DNA of 64,000 nt, taken from positions 38,900 through 102,899 of IMG/VR virus record IMGVR_UViG_3300021170_000010; one strand, 5' to 3'. The notes under the pieces are model-generated. The model was not told the DNA's origin, did not search any database, and saw only the letters and a list, made by a program, of their open reading frames with translations. This DNA is from a virus. Positions 47,272 through 58,645 of this stretch are shown one piece after another. A program made the translations under genes and the position numbers. Numbering within the stretch: position 1 is the stretch's first letter; each line of letters starts with the position of its first letter.

Positions 47272-50202
47272 ATGGCCTACGAGTTAAACATCCACGCAGG
47301 AGTGTCCGGCCAGCAGCAGGCTGACGCGCTCGTCGGTACGACTGACAAACTCAGCGGCAGCACGTCTAAACTCAACGACGCGCTATACGGGCAGGCGAAG
47401 GCATCGGAAGCCGCGTCGCTGAAGCTAGTCCAACTTCAGATAGAGGAAGCGAAGCTGGAGCAACTCCGCGAGCGGCATCGGATGCAGATCGAAGGGTTAG
47501 CCGCTTCTCAGACGAAGAGCACCGTCGTTAACGAGCAGTTTAATGCGTCGCTCGGACGTACGACTGGTAGCGCTATGGCGGCAACGGCTGCGCTGCGTGA
47601 ATTAGAAGGCGCTAGCTCTATGCGCGCGGCGGGAAGATTCCTAGCTGGCTTACCGACGCTCGGAGCAGCGCTACAGTTCGCATTTCCGCTAGTTGGAGCT
47701 ATCGCTCTATTCGAGGTACTTAGTAAGGTCGGAGATAAACTTGGCATCCACCTAAATTTCTGGAAGCAGATCGCAGACGCTCAGAAAGAGTCCAACAAAC
47801 TCCTTGAAGACGCAACTAAGACGTATGAACAGAACATCAAAAAGTTGAAGGAACTACGTGATGAGGAGTATAGAGCTAAATACGGACCAGAGGCGGCAGC
47901 AAGGCGGCAGGCCGGAGAATTAGGACAGGATAAAGCGGCGGCTGATAGGCAGGTCCAAAGACTCCAGCGCGAGATTGACGCGATCCGAAGAATTACTGGT
48001 CCGGCTACCGGCGGCTCGGCCTGGGGGATGGGCCTAGATCCGTCTGGCAAGTTTCTGCGCCAAGGCTTTACGCAGTTTCCTGTTCCGACGCAGCAAGAGG
48101 CCGGAGACCTCTCTGGAGTATTCGATTTCGGCCTAGCTCCCGGAGCGATGGTACCGTCTTCTGAACAGAAGATCATGCAGGCTCGTATTCCAGCTCTTCT
48201 GCGCCAGCAGTTGGCCCTACGTTCAAGCGCTATGGTGTCTACGGCGACGGCTAATGCTAAACTGGCGCAGGCTGCGGCTAGGACATCATTTAGTGAGACA
48301 GACTCGATAGCCGAACTTCAGAAGCGGTCGCGAGAGATGTTTGGCGCAGCGATCTATGGCGGAGAAGATTCACCGCAACGCCATCTATCCGTAGCGATGG
48401 CAAAGATCGAAGAAGAGCGTAAGGATACTTTAAGAAAAGACGAAGAACGAGCGCTGAAGACTCACGTCGCTGCGCAGCCGCGCGCCATAAATGAAGCGTT
48501 CGATCTTCAGAAAACCGCCGCGTTCTTAAAGTTCCTGACGGAGTCATCTTCTGCGCTGGAGAAGTTTAATCATGAATTGATCGACGGGGCGGAACGGATT
48601 AACCGCGAACTGCTCGGAGCTGGTGATGCGGTAGAGCAGCACAAACGCTGGTTATCCGGAATGATATCCCACGGAGAAGGCGTCCTGGATTCCAGGGGAA
48701 ATCTTAATCCGGCATTTTTCGGATTCGGAGCGTTCGACGTCGAAGGTCCAGCGCGAACGATGTCATCTCCTGAAGAACAACTCCGCGATGCGCGTAGAAC
48801 GGGGTCAATTAATCTACGCCGCGCGGCACGTGCTACTCCTGGGGAATTAGCGGACGGAGCGACCGGAGCCGCGATGCGTTCGTTTCAGGTTCGTATGGAT
48901 AACGCAGAGCGAGAATATCAGGCAGAACTTCGCATAGCTAATCTAAAGCACGATGAAGGTGAACGCGCGCAGGCTAGGCAGGATGCTCTCGATCAAAAGA
49001 ACGAGAAGATATTCGAAGCGCAGATGGACCGTGAAGACGTAATTCTCTCACTGATTGACGCTCAGATCAACCGAGTCGCCGGAGTAGGAGCGAATCTCAT
49101 TACTGCTGCGCAGCACGGCAAAGCCGGATCGTTCGTGCGCTCTCAATTTGAAGGTCTGGAATCGACCGTCATACAGAACGTTCTAAAGATGGCCATCGGC
49201 TCCGGAACCGGCCAGTCCGTTCTCGGTTCTCTTCATCTTCCTGGAGGACTCGGAAAGATCTTCAGTGGTACGCCGTTTGGCGCAGACCCTACGAAGATCG
49301 CCACGCAGGATAATACGGCTGCGACGAACGCGAACACCGCAGCGACGATGGGATTGACGCGCGCTATGTCAATGTCACGTTCCGGTGGCGGCGGAGCTGC
49401 GGTTCCTATGTTTGGAGCCGGTGACCCAGGCGGCGGTAATTTCTTCGGGCCTCCTGATGTATTCGGATTAGATCCTATGATGCAGAATGGGGATTTACCG
49501 CTTACCCATACGTCTTCGATCTATAACATGAATTTAACCCCAGGAGGTTCAGTAGCCTATAGCCCGACGGCTGGAAAGTTAACGGCTACGCAAGTAGTCG
49601 GTATGGCTGCTGCGGCTGGTGCGGCGGCTTACGGAGCATATAGCGGATTTAAAGCTGGTGGCGCTCAGGGAGCGCTCATGGGAACTAGCTCTATCCTCGG
49701 CGCAGCCTCAATGATTCCTGGCCCACAACAGCCGTTCGTTGCGGCAGCAGCGGCTATTACCGGAACCATTGCAGCGATCATGGGTGATCCGAAAGCGAAC
49801 CGTGAAGCAGAGATCACACGTCATCTTAAGTATTCCCAGTTTATGGCTCCCATAGCAATCTCGGAAAGCATGAGCACGTCCGGAACATTCTCTGACTTCG
49901 ACCGCTTCGGCGGCGTGCGTAGTTCTAATCTTTCGGCAATGCCGCAGGTCGCGCAGGGATACTTCGACTATAGGCATAACCAGGTCGTTCCAGGATACGT
50001 AACGAGTCCGTTCGGCGGCCCGAGTCCGAATCAGGCATCGGCTGGCCATCCGCAAGCCGTGGTAAATAATATCTACGCGATGGACGGTAATGACGTAGAG
50101 AGAGTCCTAACGCGCCATCCCGCAGCCGTCGGTAAGGCTATGAACCACGCAGTCGTACTTGGTCACGCCACGGAGTTCCAGACGACGATGAGGAGCCAAT
50201 AG
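47272..50202 (+). CDS. tape measure protein
   Basis: 976 aa, helical and Ala-rich with hydrophobic segments; follows the chaperone. Confidence 0.85.
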   Translation: MAYELNIHAGVSGQQQADALVGTTDKLSGSTSKLNDALYGQAKASEAASLKLVQLQIEEAKLEQLRERHRMQIEGLAASQTKSTVVNEQFNASLGRTTGSAMAATAALRELEGASSMRAAGRFLAGLPTLGAALQFAFPLVGAIALFEVLSKVGDKLGIHLNFWKQIADAQKESNKLLEDATKTYEQNIKKLKELRDEEYRAKYGPEAAARRQAGELGQDKAAADRQVQRLQREIDAIRRITGPATGGSAWGMGLDPSGKFLRQGFTQFPVPTQQEAGDLSGVFDFGLAPGAMVPSSEQKIMQARIPALLRQQLALRSSAMVSTATANAKLAQAAARTSFSETDSIAELQKRSREMFGAAIYGGEDSPQRHLSVAMAKIEEERKDTLRKDEERALKTHVAAQPRAINEAFDLQKTAAFLKFLTESSSALEKFNHELIDGAERINRELLGAGDAVEQHKRWLSGMISHGEGVLDSRGNLNPAFFGFGAFDVEGPARTMSSPEEQLRDARRTGSINLRRAARATPGELADGATGAAMRSFQVRMDNAEREYQAELRIANLKHDEGERAQARQDALDQKNEKIFEAQMDREDVILSLIDAQINRVAGVGANLITAAQHGKAGSFVRSQFEGLESTVIQNVLKMAIGSGTGQSVLGSLHLPGGLGKIFSGTPFGADPTKIATQDNTAATNANTAATMGLTRAMSMSRSGGGGAAVPMFGAGDPGGGNFFGPPDVFGLDPMMQNGDLPLTHTSSIYNMNLTPGGSVAYSPTAGKLTATQVVGMAAAAGAAAYGAYSGFKAGGAQGALMGTSSILGAASMIPGPQQPFVAAAAAITGTIAAIMGDPKANREAEITRHLKYSQFMAPIAISESMSTSGTFSDFDRFGGVRSSNLSAMPQVAQGYFDYRHNQVVPGYVTSPFGGPSPNQASAGHPQAVVNNIYAMDGNDVERVLTRHPAAVGKAMNHAVVLGHATEFQTTMRSQ

Positions 50203-50205
50203 CGC

Positions 50206-51219
50206 GTGGCCGGTCTTCTGCCACTGGTCCGCACGGCTACCGGCGCGGGAGCGACGTGCCTCTATCCTGTTACGCGCAAGGTGACGTTCCTGACCGACGT
50301 AGCGATGGCGCAGAACTGCACAGAGCAGAGATCGAGAACGCGGCCTCCACTCGTTACCCTTCAACTTCCGTACTCGCGGATCAACGCGACGGATATGACG
50401 TCTATGCGTAACTTCGTCGCCAGCCAGAAGGGGCAGTTCGATCAGACCTGGGGAGTCGTGATCGGTCTCGCTTCTTTCGGCACGATCTCGCTTGGTAGTC
50501 CTACGCATCTTTCCATCAGCGCGCCGATGTTCGTGAATCCGGACTGCGTGGGCCAGCAGGTAGTCGTAGCTGGAGCCGGTCCAGCGGGAGCGCTTTTCGT
50601 CTCCACGATTGCGTCGTTCACGGATTCGCAGCACGTCGTGACGACAGATCCGGCTTCTACAGCCGTAAGCGGAGCGGACACGCGATGGGGCATCTACTAT
50701 CCGCACATGACGCTCACCGATAGAAACTTTCAGGTAAGTGAGCGCGACTATCAGCAGTACGACTTCGTGATCAACGCGCGCCAGACGATAAACCCGTACG
50801 TGAATACGGGAACGGCAGGTACGAACTTTCCGCGTCTCGGCAACGGAGCGCCAGCGCAGTTTCCCTACGCACAGATCGACCGCTATCAGGTAACGCTGAA
50901 CGATAACCAGAATGTCGGCATCCGGTATTCGTGGGCGTGGATCGGCGGAGGATTGACCGGATTCCCGTCGAGCGCTCTGCGCGGTTATGAACTTCACGGC
51001 CCAGCGCTCATCAATCCCGACCTCGCTCTATGGGAAGCGCACTTCGTGGCGAACTGGGGTATGTGGAGCGGTGGAACGACGGCTAGCGGATTCTCCTACG
51101 TCGATCCAGACAACTCGACCACGTACACGGGCTTCCGCTACGACCAGGACGTGATGGAGATCAGCCACGCGAACTTCAACCAGAACTCTACGGTCCTGAA
51201 GATCATGCAGTCGTTCTGA
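50206..51219 (+). CDS. distal tail (Dit-like) protein
   Basis: YP..R...F.T.V.....EQR; F.YVDP...RYDQD; follows TMP. Confidence 0.55.
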   Translation: MAGLLPLVRTATGAGATCLYPVTRKVTFLTDVAMAQNCTEQRSRTRPPLVTLQLPYSRINATDMTSMRNFVASQKGQFDQTWGVVIGLASFGTISLGSPTHLSISAPMFVNPDCVGQQVVVAGAGPAGALFVSTIASFTDSQHVVTTDPASTAVSGADTRWGIYYPHMTLTDRNFQVSERDYQQYDFVINARQTINPYVNTGTAGTNFPRLGNGAPAQFPYAQIDRYQVTLNDNQNVGIRYSWAWIGGGLTGFPSSALRGYELHGPALINPDLALWEAHFVANWGMWSGGTTASGFSYVDPDNSTTYTGFRYDQDVMEISHANFNQNSTVLKIMQSF

Positions 51220-51222
51220 TAA

Positions 51223-54200
51223 ATGGCGTCTCTTCCGGCAATACTAACGAGCAAGGAGCAGGCATACTTCCCTTGCCTACTCGCGCAGATCCAGTTCGAG
51301 AACGGTTCCTTCGGCTACTTCTCAACGCACAACTTCAACACGGCTGAAGGCGGAAACCAGTACCAGAGTAATTCGTATCTAGCGCGGCTCAACAACCAGA
51401 CGATCAGTACGATTCAGGCGCGATCTTCCCAAGGCGTCGATAGCATTTCAGACGTAACGCTCGAATTCGACAACGCGGACCAGTATATTCTTCTGACGTA
51501 CGAGATGGCGGCAGGTATGGGATTCAAGGGGGCAATCGTAAAACTCGCGCTGATCATGTGCGACATAACGAACCTCGGAGTCTACATCTTCAACAACGAT
51601 TCCGTCACGCCGTTCAAGTTTACTGGCGTGTGCGACGCTCCCGCACGGTCTCCGATGGGCGCTTCTACGATGGCCGTCCGCGCGACGACCAGCCACAATA
51701 TGGCGATGGTCAACTTTCCCATCGAACTCTGTGAGACGCGCTGCGTGAACCTTTTCCCGATCAATGCGGCTCGCCGTCTGGCCGGAGCGACCGACCAGAG
51801 CGCCTACGAATGGGGATGCGGATATAACCCCGATCAGGCCGGAACCGATCCAGAGATAGGCGGCGATTGCAGGCGCGGGAACACGACGACTCCGAACGCG
51901 ACGGACAGCTTCGGAAACGTGATTGCGGATGGCAGCGGAAACTACATCGTCTGTGATTACACGAAGACCGGATGCGTCGCGCGCGGTATGTACTCGACGG
52001 ATTCCAGCGCCCGCGCGACCGGACGATTCAAGGGAGTTCAGTGGGCACCGTCCTGGCGCGAAGGCCAGTCGAAGTCCTACGTTCAGGGAAAGAACGTGAC
52101 GGTATTCGCATTCCTGAATCAGGGAATCTACGGCAAGCCGTACCCGCTCGTCTATGGAACGCAGTGGGTAAATAGTCCTCTGATCGCTAACACCATAGGC
52201 GACGGCAACTCGACGCGCATGGAGATCGTCGTTGCGAACGGCGACATCGGGCAGAACGGCGTTCAGATGCTCGTTATCAACGGCATCATAATCCCAGCAT
52301 GGAGTACGCAGGGAGTCGATAAGCTGGAGCGTTGGAACTTCTTAGATAACCTGAATTCCCCTCAGATCTCCGCTCATACGGGAAGCCGAAACGGGTATGC
52401 CAGCCAGGACGCTGAATACAACGGGCAAGGAGATCCGTACGGTGGACTGGCAACAATCGAGGCCGTCGTCTATTCCGACCTCGCTCAGTCGAACTCGACG
52501 GCCAGCGTTCAGGCTCTCATAAACGGCACGCGGATCGCGAAGTACGCGCCGATTGCGACGTATAACAACGGATTGATCACGTTTCCGACCGGCGTGCCGA
52601 ACGTGGACGTGGCCGGTAACGCTCCGTTCACGATTCAGGTCCTCCAGAATTCCCTGAGCGCCGCTAATGGAACGTGGGGCCTTTCGAGTTGGTCGTACGG
52701 ACCTCCTGGAACGGTGACGCTCGCTTCTGGTCCTTCCGGAACCGGAACCGGCGGATGGATTCGCTACCTGTCTTATGGGCAGATCGCAGGGATCACGTCT
52801 CCCGCTGGGAATACGTACACGAGCTTCGGCCAGAATCCAGCGTGGGCCGTCTTCGATATCCTGATCTGGGCGAACTACAGCTACGCCGAACTAGACATCA
52901 CGAGTTTCTACAACGCTGCGGTCATCTGCGATCAGCCGGTGACGTATACGGACCTGAACGGAAACTCCGCGACTCATCCGCGCTATATTTTCCAGTACTG
53001 CTTCGAAGAGTTGACGCGCGCTAACGAAGTGATCGCCTCCGCGCTGAGGTCGTTTAACGGGCAACTCGTCGATAACAGCGACAGCGGATTGAAGCAACTG
53101 TTCATCCGGCAGACGCTGGCCGATCAGCAACCGGCTGCACTTCCGGGGAGCAACTATAACACGGCCATCTCTTCGATCCACGCGGACGGAACGAGCGGTA
53201 ACGGATTCGTCGCGTACCTGATCGACGAAGGCGTCGTGCTTCAGGATGAGAACGGTAATCCGCAAATGGAAGGGCCTTCCTGCGCGCCGAACGCGCAAGC
53301 GCCCAACTACATTCAGTTCCAGTTTCAGGATGCGGATAACCAGTGGGTATCAGATAGCCTTTCCGTAGTGGATCCAGAAGACGTGGCGCGGTCCTCGGGA
53401 TACCTTCTCGGAGGCTCACAGATTCCGGCGAACTACCCGATACGCGGCGTATCGAGTTTCGATCAAGGCCACCGCATCGCCAACGCGATCCTGGCAGAGA
53501 ATTACCGTGGCAATACGAACCGCGATACGCGCGGCACGTATACGTGGACTCCTACGACGACGCAGCGCCTTGAGCATCTCCGCGCCGGTCAGATCTGCCT
53601 GCTGCGCTTTCAGAGCCAGCAACTGTCGCCGCTGGTAGCGCTTCAGTCTCCTCCGGGAACTCCGATAACCGGAGTCCTCGTTCGCGTAGAGGCCATCAAC
53701 CCTAAGATGGACTACAAGCGGATGACCGTCACGCTGAAGATGCACGAGGACTATTGGTATACGACTACGTATGGTCAGACGGCTGTACCGCCGTACTCCG
53801 ACCCGACGAAGTCCGTCACGGGGCGTCCTCCGCTTCCGTGGAGGCCGTATGCCGAGCAACCCATATCCGGCGACTCGATGTTCTCGACTACGGAGTGGGG
53901 ATTCTCCGTTTCTCAGTTCTACGGACAGGCGGCTGACGGCTCACCGATAGCGCAGCTATTGATCAGCGGATGCTCTCCTGTAAATCAGTTCAGTCCGACG
54001 CTTCAACCTCCGCAGGTCGGGGTTCAGGGAACGACGGCCAATACCGGCGGGACGATTCCCGGCGGCCAGACGATCACTGGCGCTATCGCCGTTCAGGATT
54101 CTAACGGACTATGGTCTCCGCTCTCTAAGTTCTTCTCGGTCTACATCCCTACCGGAACGAACACGAACACGTTCATAAGTCCTCCGGTGGCTTGGCCTGC

Positions 54201-55650
54201 CGGAATGGCGCACTGGACGCTATTCGCCGGATTGGGGCACAATAAACTCTGTGAACAAGCCACTGGAAGCACGACGCCCGCTACCGTCGCATTCACGAGC
54301 CTGAACGTTTCAACGTACGGACCTCCTGACCCGATAGCCGATTCCCTACAGTTTGAGGTCAAGCCAGAAGTTCACGGAGGCGTATGGGGTGATGCCTGCT
54401 CGGTCGATGCCACTTCTAACGGAGACGGAACCGGATTCCTCACGTTCAGCGTCGCATGCACGACTCACCAGTTCCAGCAGGTAGACGCGACTCACGGATA
54501 TGACCTAAGCGTGCTCGCGCTTCCGATTGCGAATCAGCTGAATGTTCCGATAGCGGACTTCCACGTCATCGATAACACCGGAGCCGTCTACCACGTTTCT
54601 CCAGACCCATCGCTGGTAGTGATCAATGGAGTCACTGGAGTGAAGGCCGGAACGGTCTTCAAGCTGAACTACTTTCCGACGACGATCACGGCCATCACGA
54701 TCAAAGATCCAAACACCGTCAACGCCTACGATCCTTCCGGATTCGGCGGTACTGGAAATGAATTAGTCGGAACGCGCCTTCGCATTACGAAGGGAACCGG
54801 ACGCGGCCAAGAGCGCAATATCGTGGGCAACAACGCGGATACGATTACGATAGACAAAGCGTGGCATACTACCCCGGATAATACTTCGCGCTACATCATA
54901 GAGACAGCCGCTTGGCAGGATCTTCCGTACTCGACGATATCGAACACGGCCCTTGTTCCTTCCCCGATTCCGAACGTTGGCTCAATCGACATCCAGAACT
55001 ACTCGCAGGAAGTCGTTCTGATTCGAGCCCTCGTCCTAGACCAGAACGGAAACTCTTCGGTCAAGCGCTGGTCGCCGATTAGGGAAGCGTACGTATGGGG
55101 TTCCGGAGCCGCTAGGACGATCACTACCAGCCAGACGATGCTTTCCACGGACCGCTTTCCGCGATTCGATACGTCAGGTATTACGCGGCCAACGGCGACG
55201 ACGCTGAATGGTGCATTGAATAACTCCCAAACCAACGTTACGCTGACCGCTGCCACCTCTCAGCCGAACGGCACGTACATCGGCATCGATACCGGCGGAA
55301 ACTATGAAGCGATGCTTATGACCGCAGGAAGCGGAACGGCGTCTATCACGGTGGTTCGCGGTCAACTAGGAACGACCGCAGTATCGCATCTAACGCTCGT
55401 GGCGGTCGTCATCCCGGGAGCCTTGACGTATACGCTTCTGCCTGCGTCTCAAGTGCCTAATTCCGTCCTGTACGCGACGAGGCTGAAGACGACGGTCGGC
55501 GGAGTTCTGGACATAAACTACGTCGTCATACTTCCGGGCGGTTCTGACGTTCTTCCGCTCGCGTCCGATGGCTCAACTCCGACGTCGATCATACTTCGCG
55601 ATTCGACGACGGCGAACGGTACTTCCGTGATCAAATTTCCAGCGAACTAG
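51223..55650 (+). CDS. tail tip / hub (central fibre) protein
   Basis: 1475 aa; PLVYG, NPAW...DIL, ELD..SF..AA..CD motifs; Cys cluster. Confidence 0.75.
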   Translation: MASLPAILTSKEQAYFPCLLAQIQFENGSFGYFSTHNFNTAEGGNQYQSNSYLARLNNQTISTIQARSSQGVDSISDVTLEFDNADQYILLTYEMAAGMGFKGAIVKLALIMCDITNLGVYIFNNDSVTPFKFTGVCDAPARSPMGASTMAVRATTSHNMAMVNFPIELCETRCVNLFPINAARRLAGATDQSAYEWGCGYNPDQAGTDPEIGGDCRRGNTTTPNATDSFGNVIADGSGNYIVCDYTKTGCVARGMYSTDSSARATGRFKGVQWAPSWREGQSKSYVQGKNVTVFAFLNQGIYGKPYPLVYGTQWVNSPLIANTIGDGNSTRMEIVVANGDIGQNGVQMLVINGIIIPAWSTQGVDKLERWNFLDNLNSPQISAHTGSRNGYASQDAEYNGQGDPYGGLATIEAVVYSDLAQSNSTASVQALINGTRIAKYAPIATYNNGLITFPTGVPNVDVAGNAPFTIQVLQNSLSAANGTWGLSSWSYGPPGTVTLASGPSGTGTGGWIRYLSYGQIAGITSPAGNTYTSFGQNPAWAVFDILIWANYSYAELDITSFYNAAVICDQPVTYTDLNGNSATHPRYIFQYCFEELTRANEVIASALRSFNGQLVDNSDSGLKQLFIRQTLADQQPAALPGSNYNTAISSIHADGTSGNGFVAYLIDEGVVLQDENGNPQMEGPSCAPNAQAPNYIQFQFQDADNQWVSDSLSVVDPEDVARSSGYLLGGSQIPANYPIRGVSSFDQGHRIANAILAENYRGNTNRDTRGTYTWTPTTTQRLEHLRAGQICLLRFQSQQLSPLVALQSPPGTPITGVLVRVEAINPKMDYKRMTVTLKMHEDYWYTTTYGQTAVPPYSDPTKSVTGRPPLPWRPYAEQPISGDSMFSTTEWGFSVSQFYGQAADGSPIAQLLISGCSPVNQFSPTLQPPQVGVQGTTANTGGTIPGGQTITGAIAVQDSNGLWSPLSKFFSVYIPTGTNTNTFISPPVAWPAGMAHWTLFAGLGHNKLCEQATGSTTPATVAFTSLNVSTYGPPDPIADSLQFEVKPEVHGGVWGDACSVDATSNGDGTGFLTFSVACTTHQFQQVDATHGYDLSVLALPIANQLNVPIADFHVIDNTGAVYHVSPDPSLVVINGVTGVKAGTVFKLNYFPTTITAITIKDPNTVNAYDPSGFGGTGNELVGTRLRITKGTGRGQERNIVGNNADTITIDKAWHTTPDNTSRYIIETAAWQDLPYSTISNTALVPSPIPNVGSIDIQNYSQEVVLIRALVLDQNGNSSVKRWSPIREAYVWGSGAARTITTSQTMLSTDRFPRFDTSGITRPTATTLNGALNNSQTNVTLTAATSQPNGTYIGIDTGGNYEAMLMTAGSGTASITVVRGQLGTTAVSHLTLVAVVIPGALTYTLLPASQVPNSVLYATRLKTTVGGVLDINYVVILPGGSDVLPLASDGSTPTSIILRDSTTANGTSVIKFPAN

Positions 55651-55659
55651 AAATCAAGA

Positions 55660-58113
55660 ATGGGTCAGCTAACTATATTAGCGGGAGCGGGACCGGCAGG
55701 AGCCGCAGGATCGAGCGCTACTCCGACCGCTCTTCAGATCACGTTCTCGGGAAGCAATGCTTCTCAGAACGTTGCGTTCCGAGCCTCACTCATCGCGACC
55801 GGCGGCGTTCTTCCATACACGTTCTCTATCTCTTCTGGAAGCCTTCCGCCTGGGCTTTCCTTAACGACTGCGACCGGACTCATCTCCGGTACGCCGACAA
55901 CTCCTGGAACGTACGCCTTCACGGGAATGGTGACGGATTCCGCTTCTACAACGGCCACCGTTAGCTGCTCGATCACGGTGACGCAGGAAGCTCTCGGAGA
56001 CTTCACTATTGGAACGATCACGGCTGCGTGGGATGACGTCCGCAATACCGGTCTTCTGATCAGTATTCCGGTAACGCCTCCGAGTCCCATGGGAGACGTA
56101 GTCGGCGGACACATCTATCTTGAAATTCCGGACGTTTCATCGAACGGCCAGTTCGTCCTCGGCGTATCGACCCCTGGATCAGCCGCGCCGTCCGGCCAGT
56201 GGACGCCCCTCGACATCCGCCAGATTCCGTACCTCTCCGCGCAGCAACCATGGGTGATCCTCATTCCGACGGATTGGTATAACATGGGCGTCATCAATAC
56301 AGCGCTCGTGCCGAACCTCAGCATTCGCGTCTACGTGCGCAGCTATTCTGCGGCGATTGATCCAGCTCCGATTCAAGCCGGTCTTGCCGGTGCAACTCCG
56401 AGCGGCCTCGTAACGATTCCGGCTCAGACGGTGCTCAAGCCGAATTCAGGAGTTGAATACGAGCCGTGCATAAACGGCATCACAGCGCAATCTGGAATAC
56501 TTTCTGCGGTGGCGATAGCGACTGCTGGAAGCGGGCAGACGGACGGAACCTATATTCTCGCCGATACAGGCGGAGGAGATGGAGTTAACGCTTCGATCAC
56601 AGTGGTGATTTCCGGCGGACTTGCGACGACGGTAACCGTGCGGACCGGAGGTACTGGATATAACATACTTCCGCCGACGTTCGTACCGAACTTTGCAGGC
56701 GGAACAGGTCCGACGTTTACCTTGACGTTGAGCCTGACGCCGGATAACTCGACGGGAAAGCTGATTTCGCCGGTCGCGGTTACGGCGGACACCACAAATC
56801 TACCCAATCCTCTTCCGACGGATTTCGCGTATGAGTTGGTCGGTATCTGGGATAATGATCCCGCCCAGACTCAGATTATCCTAACCGGATTACAGACGGT
56901 TAACGGGCTTGTACCTTGCGGTCCGGATAATATCCTCGTACCGCATTCAGTCGATCTCCAGACACCGACGACGGCGCAGTGGGTAACGATCTTCGCGCGG
57001 TCCGTAAAGGTTCGGCCTAACAGCGTCGGAGCGCCTACGCTCGGCACTCCAGGCCAGATCTTCCGCAATACCATTGTTCCGGGAGTAACGCCTCAGGCAA
57101 GAATCAGGATTGGAACTGGAAGCGGAGTTAATGATCTGTCTCAGTCGATCCAGTCAAAGGTCGGACCGATGCTTCAAGCATCTCCTGGCGTATGGCTAGA
57201 CGGAAAGCCTCTCGGCGTGACGACTGGTTATGTTGCGTCATCGGCAATCACGAACCCTAAAGTCGCGTCACTTGCTATTGCGGCAGGTAATATGCAATCG
57301 GCGAGCGTCACACTGGCAAATGCCGCCCTTGATAATCTTGTTGTTCTAACTGCGAATATGGCTAATCTAGCGACGACTGCGGCCAAGCTGGCATCATCGT
57401 CGGTCTATACGGCAGCATATCAGGCCGTCTCGATTCCGACGGGCGCGTACCAGAACCTATCCGTCGGAAATGCCGCGATTGCTAACCTTGCTATCGGAAC
57501 CTCCAATATTCAGAACCTTGCGGTAACGGACGCAAAGATTAATGATCTAAGCGTAGGGAAATTAACCGCTGGTACGATCTCCGTAGCCGTCAGCCTTACT
57601 GCTCCTACGATTACGGTTTCAGGAGGATCGTTCACAATAAATATAGACTCTACAAACGGAGTTAAGTGTACTGGCGGCGGAACGACGACGTTAATACAGA
57701 ATCTTTCGGCCTACAGCGTGGTTAATGGTTTCGTGTGTTATAACACTACCGGAGGAACGGGCGCCGTACTAATCAGCCCTGGAAATATACTATTAGCCTC
57801 GAACGTATCTTCTGGTATAAACCAGGTCCTTATTTCTAGCGCTGCATTTATTCACTTGTTTGACGGCGCTGGCTCTACGGCAGTAGCTCTAAGCGCAGCG
57901 TCCGGTCTTCAGCTATTCGCTGGGAATATATCCGTAAGCGTCGGAAACGTAACCGTTAGCTCCGGAACTATCTTTGCCAATAGTACAATCGAGACAAACA
58001 ATCTATTCAAGTGTAGCGGAAGCAGTGGTTTCTCTGGCAGTAAAACTGTATCCGATGGATCTGCCACCCATACCGTTACCATTACCGGCGGCATAATAAC
58101 AGGTTGGACATAA
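55660..58113 (+). CDS. tail fibre protein with Ig-like (He_PIG) domain
   Basis: ATGG..PYTFS..SGSLPPGLSL...G.ISGTPT; AIANLA/VTDAKI repeats; GGIITG C-terminus. Confidence 0.75.
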   Translation: MGQLTILAGAGPAGAAGSSATPTALQITFSGSNASQNVAFRASLIATGGVLPYTFSISSGSLPPGLSLTTATGLISGTPTTPGTYAFTGMVTDSASTTATVSCSITVTQEALGDFTIGTITAAWDDVRNTGLLISIPVTPPSPMGDVVGGHIYLEIPDVSSNGQFVLGVSTPGSAAPSGQWTPLDIRQIPYLSAQQPWVILIPTDWYNMGVINTALVPNLSIRVYVRSYSAAIDPAPIQAGLAGATPSGLVTIPAQTVLKPNSGVEYEPCINGITAQSGILSAVAIATAGSGQTDGTYILADTGGGDGVNASITVVISGGLATTVTVRTGGTGYNILPPTFVPNFAGGTGPTFTLTLSLTPDNSTGKLISPVAVTADTTNLPNPLPTDFAYELVGIWDNDPAQTQIILTGLQTVNGLVPCGPDNILVPHSVDLQTPTTAQWVTIFARSVKVRPNSVGAPTLGTPGQIFRNTIVPGVTPQARIRIGTGSGVNDLSQSIQSKVGPMLQASPGVWLDGKPLGVTTGYVASSAITNPKVASLAIAAGNMQSASVTLANAALDNLVVLTANMANLATTAAKLASSSVYTAAYQAVSIPTGAYQNLSVGNAAIANLAIGTSNIQNLAVTDAKINDLSVGKLTAGTISVAVSLTAPTITVSGGSFTINIDSTNGVKCTGGGTTTLIQNLSAYSVVNGFVCYNTTGGTGAVLISPGNILLASNVSSGINQVLISSAAFIHLFDGAGSTAVALSAASGLQLFAGNISVSVGNVTVSSGTIFANSTIETNNLFKCSGSSGFSGSKTVSDGSATHTVTITGGIITGWT

Positions 58114-58122
58114 GGAGAAATA

Positions 58123-58643
58123 ATGACAAGCCCAGGAAAAACGATCTATCTTATTTCAATAATCAATTCCGCAAATTCAGCAGTATCCTACTGTATAGTG
58201 GGATCTTCACTATCTACCGCGATCACGCAGGCACAGACGGCAGCTGGCGTTTCCCATGATCCGTTGAGTACGCAGAAGATGGGCGGCATGTCGTCCGGCG
58301 TGATCGACTTTGAGGTATAAATATGACTCCAGTACACAACCACGAACTACCGCCTTCCGGTCCAGTGATCGTTCCGAAACCAGCTACTTCGTACGAGCTT
58401 ACGGAGGCGGAATATACTCATGTTATAGCGGTCGGAAATCGTATAGCACAGGCAAAGCTATACGTCTACGATCTGAACGTTCAACTCGAAGAGCTTCAGA
58501 AGAAGATCCGCATCGCCGTGGCTGATGTTAACGCTACGGACCAATCCCTCGGCGGAGCATTATCGATTCTCGCTGACGCTCATGGATTCAAGCAAGCGAA
58601 ACTTAGCCAGGATATGAAAACCCTGATAGCGACGGTGGTATAA
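58123..58643 (+). other. two small genes (58123-58320; 58323-58643 coiled coil), possible fibre chaperones
   Basis: RBSs; position after the fibre gene. Confidence 0.5.
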
Positions 58644-58645
58644 CG

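Noticed and set aside
57240-57600. 10-residue repeats in the tail fibre
   Set aside because: An ordinary fibre shaft repeat.
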